Source: an uncultured virus (IMG/VR IMGVR_UViG_3300033121_002345) (taxonomy: Duplodnaviria; Heunggongvirae; Uroviricota; Caudoviricetes). From it: a stretch of 64,000 bases of DNA. Below the pieces are notes generated by a model. It was not told the origin of the DNA. It was given only the letters and a program-made list of their open reading frames with translations, and searched no databases. Positions 16,474-24,476 of the stretch are shown here, one piece after another. Every line of letters begins with the position of its first letter. Position 1 is the stretch's first letter. Both the position numbers and the translations under genes were made by a program. Location of the stretch: the IMG/VR virus record IMGVR_UViG_3300033121_002345, one strand, 5' to 3'.

Positions 16474-17412
16474 TCAGGTCTTGACCGGCTCGAACCACGA
16501 GTAGTCGAAGTCCTCTGGAAGAACCTCACGTTCGAACCAGAACTCATGCATAGCATGCAAAAGCGCTGGTGTCATCTCGAAGCCGGAAGCGTCGCCGATG
16601 ACGGAGTCGATTCCGCACTTGGGGCAGAGCGCGGTCTCCTCCTTGAGGTGGCGGCCCTTCTCGAAGACGAGCCGGACCTGTTCGCGAAGTTCGTCCTCCG
16701 TGCCGTTGTTCCAGATGACGAAGTTGGCCAGCTTGAGCTTCTCAGCCAGCGGGTACTGAGAAGCGATTCGCTTCCTCGCCTCAACCTCGTCCAGGCGGTC
16801 TCGGGCCATCACTCGGGCGAGCTGCACGTCATCTGACACTGCGACCACCACGATATGATCCATTCTCTTGTGGAGTTTGCGCTCGATCATGATCGCCGCC
16901 TCGTAGACAGCCATGCGGTCGCCGCGGGTCAGGATCGTATCGAGCTGAAGCTGGGCACGCTCTCCGATGAGAGGGTGGAGAATCGCCTCCAAAGCCTGGA
17001 GACGCTCGGGCGCTCCAAAGACAATAGAGCCGAGCTTCTTCCGGTCGAGAGTACCATCCTCGTGAAGGATGCCGGTCCCGAATTCCGCCACCACCAACTC
17101 CAGACCCTTCGTCCCCGGAGCCACGACGTCGCGAGCAACTTCGTCAGCGTCTACGACGCCCACACCCATCTCGCGCAGGATGCGGCCGACAGTCGACTTC
17201 CCAGAAGCAATCCCTCCAGTGAGGCCAACGTAGCCCTTCATCTTCTTCCACCGGTCCACCTTCAACCACTTCTGAATCGCAGAAGGGGCAAACTCCGACT
17301 TGCAGTAGAAGCAGTGGCAGATCTTGCTCTGCTCGATCTCGGCCTTGTTGTTGAACGAGTGCTTGTGGCACGAATCCAAGGCGGACTGAACCACTACGTA
17401 TGAATCGACCAT
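16474..17412 (-). CDS. coaE: dephospho-CoA kinase domain inserted within a Cys-rich zinc-binding protein
   Basis: ATG 17412 with GAGG RBS; central CoaE ('GLTGGIASGKST', 'DAD.VAR', 'LDRKKL', 'LEAILHP', 'RIASQ', 'VIWNNG') flanked by 'CHCFYC' and 'TALCPKCGIDSVIGD'. Confidence 0.88.
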   Translation of the reverse strand: MVDSYVVVQSALDSCHKHSFNNKAEIEQSKICHCFYCKSEFAPSAIQKWLKVDRWKKMKGYVGLTGGIASGKSTVGRILREMGVGVVDADEVARDVVAPGTKGLELVVAEFGTGILHEDGTLDRKKLGSIVFGAPERLQALEAILHPLIGERAQLQLDTILTRGDRMAVYEAAIMIERKLHKRMDHIVVVAVSDDVQLARVMARDRLDEVEARKRIASQYPLAEKLKLANFVIWNNGTEDELREQVRLVFEKGRHLKEETALCPKCGIDSVIGDASGFEMTPALLHAMHEFWFEREVLPEDFDYSWFEPVKT

Positions 17413-17434
17413 TGGGGCACCTCGGCTGCTAGTA

Positions 17435-17734
17435 TCAGCAGGGTTCGAAGCGCTCCACAAAGATCGACGAGTGCTGTGTGGCGCGGACAAGAGAGTCCAG
17501 GAAATTGGACTCCCCGACTTCACCCAAAATGGCGTTCAGGGTCCAGGGGTAGAACTGGACAATGCCCATCGTGGTGTTGTCTCTGCCGATTAGACGGCGC
17601 ATCTCGTCAAACGTCAGCAGGTACGAGATGTTGAGGCGTGCTCCAGGAAGAACACTTACCCGAAAGATCGGGATGCTGACAGCCTGGGGGTCGGTGAGGT
17701 CGGGGCAGAAGCTGAGAATTGCCGCTTGCGACAT
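17435..17734 (-). CDS. hypothetical protein
   Basis: 99-aa ORF with GAGG RBS that fills the operon gap. Confidence 0.6.
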   Translation of the reverse strand: MSQAAILSFCPDLTDPQAVSIPIFRVSVLPGARLNISYLLTFDEMRRLIGRDNTTMGIVQFYPWTLNAILGEVGESNFLDSLVRATQHSSIFVERFEPC

Positions 17735-17738
17735 AGCC

Positions 17739-18383
17739 TCAATTGTACAGATCGCGGAGCAGGTCTCTGTCGAAGTCAGTAATCCGCGGACGAGTCAGAC
17801 GATCTCCGTCTGGACGCATCTCCGGATACATGGCCGAGTCAGGGAAATCATCGTGGGCCAGACCCAGGCAGTGCCCCAGTTCGTGAACAAGAACCTTGTC
17901 GACCATCTCGGTGGTCCCGTTGTTCCAGGTTCGAATCTCGCACCACAGCCGGCCCTCTTCACGATGATGAAGAGCACCACCGCCCGCGTCCCTCATCCAC
18001 GACTCCCCGACTTCTTGCGCCGTCTCGAAGTCGATTCGGACTTCCGATGTAGGGGAGCTGGAAAGGCGGAGGGCTGTGAAGCCCAATCTGGAATTGATGA
18101 GGTCGATGGCGCTACGCGTTGCGTCGTCTGGGTCAGCCGCCGGGTGCGGATTCGTTGTCGAAACCGTCACGTCCAGAGGAAACTGCGAGGGCTCCCATTC
18201 CACTGGGGCGCACATGCCATTGTAGTTCAACGCACCGCTCGACGTGTCGCAGGCGTTCATCAGTCCCGCTTCCTCGTGAGTGAGGATTGCGATGGGAAGA
18301 AGGATGATGACGGCGAGTGTGAGAAGAGCGCCGCCAATGATCATCACTTTGCTGGCTGCGCTGAGCTTGTTGAACCAATCCAT
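17739..18383 (-). CDS. membrane-anchored metzincin (M10/matrixin-like) metalloprotease
   Basis: N-terminal TM helix; HELGHCLGLAH (HExxHxxGxxH) and Met-turn 'SAMYP'. Confidence 0.88.
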   Translation of the reverse strand: MDWFNKLSAASKVMIIGGALLTLAVIILLPIAILTHEEAGLMNACDTSSGALNYNGMCAPVEWEPSQFPLDVTVSTTNPHPAADPDDATRSAIDLINSRLGFTALRLSSSPTSEVRIDFETAQEVGESWMRDAGGGALHHREEGRLWCEIRTWNNGTTEMVDKVLVHELGHCLGLAHDDFPDSAMYPEMRPDGDRLTRPRITDFDRDLLRDLYN

Positions 18384-18392
18384 GGTGTCCTC

Positions 18393-20240
18393 TCAGGTGA
18401 GACCCAGAAGGGTCTTTCGGGCCGTGCTGTCCGAACCCATCAGAGATAGGATAATCTCGCGGTCGTTGGAACCCAACGAGATCTTCCAGAGCTTCCGCGT
18501 CTCGGGGTTCATTGCGTAATGCCGCAATTCTTCCGCATCTGCTTCACCGTGACCCTTGAGGCGCGAAACTTGAAGCTGGGCAGCCGTCTTTCCAGAAACC
18601 TTCTCAAGGTCCGGAAGGCTGTGGGCGTACCACCGCTGGTCCTTGTAGACACCAACGAAGAGGGGGCTATCCACAACGTAGAGGTAGCCTCTCTTCACGA
18701 AGTCCGACATCCATGTGCAGAACAGCGTGAGCGCCAAGCTAGCAATATGGGACCCGTCCGGATCAGCGTCCATGAGCAAGAGAACCTTGCCCACGCGAAC
18801 ATTCGTGAGGTCAACAGTCTTGCCCTTCGGACCAAGCTGAACCCCCGTAGCCTTCAAGATGGCCGCTACTTCCGTGTGCTGAAGCAGCTTGTCAGGCGAG
18901 GTTTGAACTGCGTTCGGGATCTTGCCCTTCAGGGGCAAGACCTCCTGGTAGTCGGGGTCTCGGGCCACCTTGGCGCTACCACCAGCAGAGTCACCTTCGA
19001 CGATGAACAACTCACGCTCTTCAGGCGAGCAATGCATGGCCTCAACGAGCTTATCCGGGAGAATGCCCTTCGCATCCTTCTTGGCGGCCGTCTGACCAAT
19101 TGCTCCACGCAGCTTCTTGTAGCTGTCGCGGGCCTTCTTGATCTCGATTGCTCGGGCGACGATCTTATCGGCCAGCTTCTTGTTCTGGTCGAAAAACGCT
19201 TTGAGCTGTGGGTAGATGAAGGCGTACACTTCGTCCTTCACCTCCGCGTTCATCAGCTTGTCCTTCGTCTGACTCTTGAACTGCGGCTCAGCGACGAGAA
19301 CCTGAATGGCGGCGAAGAGACCATCAACCAAGTCACGGACGTCGACGGACTTCTTCTTGGCGTAGGGGGACAATACGTCCGAAATTGCCTTCGTAGCGCC
19401 GTCGATGTGCTTTCCGCCCTCGGGAGTCGCACTCGCATTGCAGGCGGAGAACCACTGTTCGCCCTCTTCTTCGGTCCACAGGAAAGCGGCGGACACCAGG
19501 CGATCCTTCGCCTCTAGTGAGATGGGCTCGTGCAGGGGTGTTGCCCCGTGGGCACGCATCTGCACCAAACGGGAAAGGCCCTTGCTCTCAAAGCACGATT
19601 CTTCACCGTCAATGATGAGGCGAACCTTCAGCCCCGGGCAGAGGTGGCTGGTTTCCTCTAGCCACTGCTTGACCCGATCGATGTCGATCCGGCTCTTCCC
19701 AAAGATCTGCGTATCCGGGTAGAAGAGCACTTCCGTGCCCGTCCGGCCCCGCTGGTTTAGCTCCTTGTTCAGTTGAGGAGCCGCTGACTTGATCTTGCCC
19801 CGTTCAAAGCGCTGCTCATAGCAAACTCCCGAGCGCCAGACCCGAGCGAGAAGCCACTCGCTCAAAGCGTTCGTGGCCTTAAGGCCGACGCCGTGAAGAC
19901 CTGCCGAGACAGCGTAGGACTGCTTTTCGAACTTACCTCCGGCGTGGATGTTCGTGAAGACCGTGATGAGGGTGCTCTCGTTGGTCTTCTTGTGCTTCTC
20001 GATCGGAATGCCGCGACCGTCATCCAGAACACGGAAAGTGTGCTCCTTGGAATTGATCTCGACTTCGATCGTCTTCGCGTATCCCGCCAGCCATTCGTCG
20101 ACTGAGTTGTCGACGACCTCCTTCAAGAGGTGACGAACGCCATCGGCATCCTGAGACCCGACGTACATGCCGGGGCGCCTGCGGATACCCTCCAGGCCCT
20201 CCAGGACGAGGATCTGGTCTGCTCCGTAAGATTTGGACAT
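18393..20240 (-). CDS. gyrB: type IIA topoisomerase subunit B (GyrB/ParE-like)
   Basis: GHKL ATPase 'EVVDNSVDE', 'DDGRGIP', 'HAGGKF', 'GLHGVG'; TOPRIM 'EGDSAGG', 'PLKGK', 'DADPDGSHI'. Confidence 0.96.
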   Translation of the reverse strand: MSKSYGADQILVLEGLEGIRRRPGMYVGSQDADGVRHLLKEVVDNSVDEWLAGYAKTIEVEINSKEHTFRVLDDGRGIPIEKHKKTNESTLITVFTNIHAGGKFEKQSYAVSAGLHGVGLKATNALSEWLLARVWRSGVCYEQRFERGKIKSAAPQLNKELNQRGRTGTEVLFYPDTQIFGKSRIDIDRVKQWLEETSHLCPGLKVRLIIDGEESCFESKGLSRLVQMRAHGATPLHEPISLEAKDRLVSAAFLWTEEEGEQWFSACNASATPEGGKHIDGATKAISDVLSPYAKKKSVDVRDLVDGLFAAIQVLVAEPQFKSQTKDKLMNAEVKDEVYAFIYPQLKAFFDQNKKLADKIVARAIEIKKARDSYKKLRGAIGQTAAKKDAKGILPDKLVEAMHCSPEERELFIVEGDSAGGSAKVARDPDYQEVLPLKGKIPNAVQTSPDKLLQHTEVAAILKATGVQLGPKGKTVDLTNVRVGKVLLLMDADPDGSHIASLALTLFCTWMSDFVKRGYLYVVDSPLFVGVYKDQRWYAHSLPDLEKVSGKTAAQLQVSRLKGHGEADAEELRHYAMNPETRKLWKISLGSNDREIILSLMGSDSTARKTLLGLT

Positions 20241-20247
20241 GCTTCTC

Positions 20248-20808
20248 CTAAAGGTGGGGCTGAAGCCGAATCATGATTCGGGAGGCCCATTCGCTGTACG
20301 AGGAAAACAAGAAGTGCATAGAGTCGGGAGCATGGGTGAGGTCCGCAGTATCGATGCGACTGTCTACCCATTCAACTGAATTCGGAAGGAGGCGGGGCTG
20401 CGCTTCTGTTGCAGCAAAGTGCCAAGCATCCAATTCAGGATCAAGAGCTACGGGAGGTCCGAACCATACGACTTGAGCGGAGCCGAGCTGAGCGAGGACC
20501 CAATCAAGGTCTTCTCGGTATTCTTCGTCGTCCCTAACGCGGTCGTTCGCCCCAAGGAGCACCACCACAAGGTCGGCACCACGAGCGCGTCTGCGAAGGT
20601 AGGACCCGGCTCGCCGGTACGAGCCGCATGACCATCCACGTCGAGCTACTACGTGTACATTGTGACCCTGTGCTGTGAGCGCAGGACTCAAGTAAGGGGC
20701 GACTCCCTCCATGTGAGAGTCTCCGACCAAGACGATGTCCAGCCCGAACACCACGTTCGGCACGAGCCAAAAGAGAAGAGCCAGAACAAAGGCGGAAAAC
20801 CGGACCAT
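20248..20808 (-). CDS. secreted SGNH/GDSL hydrolase
   Basis: signal peptide; block I 'VLVGDSH', block III 'LGAND', block V 'DSMH'. Confidence 0.85.
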   Translation of the reverse strand: MVRFSAFVLALLFWLVPNVVFGLDIVLVGDSHMEGVAPYLSPALTAQGHNVHVVARRGWSCGSYRRAGSYLRRRARGADLVVVLLGANDRVRDDEEYREDLDWVLAQLGSAQVVWFGPPVALDPELDAWHFAATEAQPRLLPNSVEWVDSRIDTADLTHAPDSMHFLFSSYSEWASRIMIRLQPHL

Positions 20809-20824
20809 CTACTATCGGGAGGGT

Positions 20825-21205
20825 TCAAGCCGAGAAAACGTTCTTCGAACGAACGCCAAGTAGATCGCGCAGATACTGGACATGCAAAAGGTCAAATCCT
20901 GGCTCGGACTCGTACGAGAGCACACCCTTCACATCAGACAAAAAGCAACCCAAGAAATGAAGGTCAGGCGGTTCGACGTTGTCGAGAAGAACCGCGACAA
21001 TCGTCACCACGCACATGGGATGGCACTCCCGATGAAAGGAGATGCATACCTGATTGTCCTTGCTCACGTGAAGCACGGCGCAATTGGGTGCGTTTCCGAC
21101 GATGACCTTGTTGCCCTCCACCGTGATCGGAAATCCAGACCGAATCCGGACTTGCTCCGAAAAGGTCAGGAGGCGGGGGTCTAGTTCCAGATCGGGTGCT
21201 TCCAT
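20825..21205 (-). CDS. hypothetical protein
   Basis: 126 aa with strong GGAGG RBS. Confidence 0.65.
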   Translation of the reverse strand: MEAPDLELDPRLLTFSEQVRIRSGFPITVEGNKVIVGNAPNCAVLHVSKDNQVCISFHRECHPMCVVTIVAVLLDNVEPPDLHFLGCFLSDVKGVLSYESEPGFDLLHVQYLRDLLGVRSKNVFSA

Positions 21206-21232
21206 GCGTCCTCCCCCGTAGATAGGCCGAAA

Positions 21233-24097
21233 TCAGGCCGCCTTTGCCTCAGGAGGAGGCTTTTGGAAGCATGGCTCACGGTGTGCAATGTGGTGCCACG
21301 GAGTACCACCACGAAGCTCTGTGTCCCAAGCTCCGCACTGTTCCACGATTCCAGGAAGCTTGGACTGAACGCCGTCGTAGCTGAGCATGTGGCCCCAACG
21401 AACACCGAGATCGTAGTCAATCTCCATCGGGACGATCATGTCGATGTCAAACTCCTGCTTCAGGAAGGACGGAATTGAATCGACCATCATCTCCTTGAAG
21501 AGCCAGATAGACTCCTTGATCTGGTCGAAGTCGAGCGGAACTTCGAGCGTGATAGCGTCGTGGACGCAGTTGATGACCTGCCAGGGGCGGCCGTTCTCTT
21601 CAATCCAGTTCTGGATACGCCAAGCGGCCAAAGCCGTGGTGTCTGACGACACAGCCTGAATCGGGCTGTTACGGGCACGACGGCGGCCAGCGCCCTCGTC
21701 CAGCTCGAAAAGGTCTGCCAGGTGACGACGGCGACCCATGGGAGTCGTGACAATGCCTGTGAGCATCGCCTGCTTCTCAATGTCAGTGAGCCACTTGCCG
21801 GCCTTCGGGAACTCCTTCACAAAGGTTTCCTGAAGCGCTAGAGCCTCATCGGGCTCGATGCCGAGGATGGCAGCGAGGGTCTTGTAGTGCTGGCCGTAGA
21901 TTGAGCCGAAGCAGAGCGCCTTCGCCTTCTGACGAATTTCCTTCGTGACGCCCGCAAGCTCCAGGCGGAACATGAGAGACGCGACCTTCTTGTGAATGTC
22001 GCACTCAAGCTTGACCCTCTTTCCGAGGTCAGCGTCGCCTGTGCGCTGATACTCCTCGCGCAGGGCCTTCATTTCCGAGAAGAGCTTCGCGTACTGACGG
22101 TCTCCTGCGATCTGGGCCCACCAACGAACCTCTGCCTGACCGTAGTCGCACTCGACGAGGATGTACCCCGGACGAGCACCATACATCGATCGAATGAAGG
22201 CCTTCGCCGACCACGGGTCACCCTTAGGCAACTGCTGCAGGTTCGGGTCCGAGCTAGAAAGCCGGCCCGTTACGGTGCGGATGGCGTGGAAGCCTGCGTG
22301 AATTCGTCCGTCAGCCGAGTTGTCCGGCTTCGAGTACAGAATGTCGTCGATGCTGTTGAGGTAGCTCGTGCGGAGCTTGTAGAGGCCGGAGTACTCTTGG
22401 TAGAGGGCGATCAGCTCGTGCTCTTTATACTCCTCCCAATACGCCTTGTTCAGGCTGGCTTTGCCGTCTTTGCCTGACTCCAGAGGAGAGAGCTTACAGC
22501 TATCCACGAACAGGTGGATTCGGTGGCCGCGCTTATCGACGTCCAAAACCCAAGGCTTCTTCCCAAAGAGAGGCTTCATGCCCTTCGTTCGGGAATCCTC
22601 GCCCAAGAGGATGTCGTTTGCCTTCTTGGCTTCTGGGCTAGCGTAGATGATGCCCGGAAGCTCTTCGAGCCGTGACAGAATCGGAGACTCGTCCGACTGC
22701 AGGTAAGCGAGCTGGGCCGTGTCGACTTCGAAGCCGTTCATCGACATCTTCGCCAGGAGTGGCGAGATGCGGCCGTACCAACGCAAGGCGAAGCGAAGAG
22801 CGGTCTCGTATCCCTGACGACTCAGCCACCGCCTGTAGTAGTGGAAGATGCGGAAGGTGATGTAGGCGTCTGTTCCGCCGTATTCAGAAAGACGGTCGAG
22901 AGAAAGATCCCAAAGGCTACCGCCATTAGCACCATGCCGGGCAGCCATGGCGTCAGAAAGCTCAGTATCGTAGAGATAGAATCCGAGATGTTCACGAGCA
23001 AGATCCTTCAAGCGGAAGGCATCGAACTTCTTGCCTCCCTTGCCACCGTCTGAGTCACCAGCCTGATTTTCGTCCTGGAGATAAGCCAGGAACTGGGTGT
23101 CTACGACAGGCTTTCCGAATTCGAGAATACGGAGATTTCGTAGAGCAATCGCGATGTCGAACTGCGAGTTGTGAGCGATCCAGAACGGGAACTTGACCTT
23201 CTTGGAGAGAAAGAGCTTCCGCAGCGCATTCTTGACGTGCTTCTTCTCTTCCTTCGTCTTGAAGGGGGAGTCCCAGTGGTCGATCGGAAAGACGTGGGCC
23301 AGGTCCGAATCGCCCGAGAGCTGAAGGGTGGCCACTTTGTTTCTGGCCACCTTGTTCAGGTTCTTCGTCTCAAAGTCGAACGCGACAGGGCTGTCGCACT
23401 CGTTCATGTAGTAGTTGACGGCTTCGTCAACCTTCTCCAACGTGTCGCAGAGGACGACCTTTCCCTTACGGGACCACTTGGTCTCTTCCCCAGTTAAAAG
23501 CTTGTGAACCGACTTGATGTGCCGGAAGAATCGGCGCTTCTCAGGTCCGTTGTTCGAGCGAAGGTAGGCAGACGGGTGAAGAGTCGCGAGGTGGACACGC
23601 CCGTCCTTTTCGTAAGAGATCTGGCCCTTGAGTGAGCCGATCTTCTTTCCCTTCCACTCCGGATTGGTGGTGAGGGCTTGAACCGCCTGGTTGCCGACCA
23701 GGACGACGATCTTCGGGTTGAGCTGCTCGATGTCTTTCTTGATGTAGTTCGAGCAGGCTGCCACCTCCTCCACGGTAGGAGGACGGTTGTTGCCGCTGTC
23801 ATCTACAGGCCGGCAGCGAACCGTGTTTCCAATTGCGTATGAATCGCCGATGCCCGCCTTCGAGAGAGCAGAACGCAGCTCGGCCCCCGAGTCTCCCGCG
23901 AACGGGTACCCGACCTGGTCCTCCGTTCGACCAGGGGCCTCACCGACGAACAGAACATCGACCTTCGGCGTCTCTCCGTCGGCACCTACTTCGTTGTAGA
24001 TGACGTCAGTGGGGACGTAGGTGGTTCGATGACGCTTGTCTCGGAAGAGCGGACAACCCTGACAGTAGTCCTGCTCCTGACGCAGCAGAGCACGCAT
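21233..24097 (-). CDS. family A DNA polymerase with N-terminal family-4 uracil-DNA glycosylase domain and 3'-5' exonuclease
   Basis: UDG: CQGC, 'GEAPG', 'VRCRP', 'HPS'; exonuclease: 'FDFET', 'HNSQFD', 'YGGTD'; polymerase: 'TGRLSS', 'DYGQAEVR', 'RQKAK..FG..YG', 'VHDA'. Confidence 0.95.
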   Translation of the reverse strand: MRALLRQEQDYCQGCPLFRDKRHRTTYVPTDVIYNEVGADGETPKVDVLFVGEAPGRTEDQVGYPFAGDSGAELRSALSKAGIGDSYAIGNTVRCRPVDDSGNNRPPTVEEVAACSNYIKKDIEQLNPKIVVLVGNQAVQALTTNPEWKGKKIGSLKGQISYEKDGRVHLATLHPSAYLRSNNGPEKRRFFRHIKSVHKLLTGEETKWSRKGKVVLCDTLEKVDEAVNYYMNECDSPVAFDFETKNLNKVARNKVATLQLSGDSDLAHVFPIDHWDSPFKTKEEKKHVKNALRKLFLSKKVKFPFWIAHNSQFDIAIALRNLRILEFGKPVVDTQFLAYLQDENQAGDSDGGKGGKKFDAFRLKDLAREHLGFYLYDTELSDAMAARHGANGGSLWDLSLDRLSEYGGTDAYITFRIFHYYRRWLSRQGYETALRFALRWYGRISPLLAKMSMNGFEVDTAQLAYLQSDESPILSRLEELPGIIYASPEAKKANDILLGEDSRTKGMKPLFGKKPWVLDVDKRGHRIHLFVDSCKLSPLESGKDGKASLNKAYWEEYKEHELIALYQEYSGLYKLRTSYLNSIDDILYSKPDNSADGRIHAGFHAIRTVTGRLSSSDPNLQQLPKGDPWSAKAFIRSMYGARPGYILVECDYGQAEVRWWAQIAGDRQYAKLFSEMKALREEYQRTGDADLGKRVKLECDIHKKVASLMFRLELAGVTKEIRQKAKALCFGSIYGQHYKTLAAILGIEPDEALALQETFVKEFPKAGKWLTDIEKQAMLTGIVTTPMGRRRHLADLFELDEGAGRRRARNSPIQAVSSDTTALAAWRIQNWIEENGRPWQVINCVHDAITLEVPLDFDQIKESIWLFKEMMVDSIPSFLKQEFDIDMIVPMEIDYDLGVRWGHMLSYDGVQSKLPGIVEQCGAWDTELRGGTPWHHIAHREPCFQKPPPEAKAA

Positions 24098-24116
24098 TGC
24101 GAGCCCTTTACAGGGC

Positions 24117-24467
24117 TCAGAACCCTCGCAGAATCTCTCGTAAAAACCCGAGCTTGACGTTGGAGGTGGGCAGCATCTCCAAGAAGCGGGTCTTCGCAGC
24201 GGGAGAGAGGTACACGCTCGCCAGCTTCATGTTGGCGGCCAGAATCGCTTGGGCAAAATTGCCTCTGCACCCTGCGCTTGACAACGCTGTGGGAGCCGGC
24301 AGCTCCCCGAGGTACAGACGCCCGTCGGGTCCTACACGGACCGTGGTGTTGTTGCCCTCGGACTCGACGCTCACGCAAAGAGAGCGCACCGGAGCGGCCG
24401 TAACTCGCGGCTCAACGAATGCACGGGGCGACGGCTTTCGAACGCCGCCCCTACAACTGCAGCCCAT
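24117..24467 (-). CDS. hypothetical protein
   Basis: 116 aa, GAGGAG RBS, starts MGCSC. Confidence 0.6.
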   Translation of the reverse strand: MGCSCRGGVRKPSPRAFVEPRVTAAPVRSLCVSVESEGNNTTVRVGPDGRLYLGELPAPTALSSAGCRGNFAQAILAANMKLASVYLSPAAKTRFLEMLPTSNVKLGFLREILRGF

Positions 24468-24476
24468 AGGTGCTCC

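Noticed and set aside
16641..17241. Possibility that the CoaE insert is an intein or intron
   Set aside because: There are no intein splice-junction residues (N-terminal C/S, C-terminal HN) and no break in the reading frame; it is a plain in-frame domain insertion.
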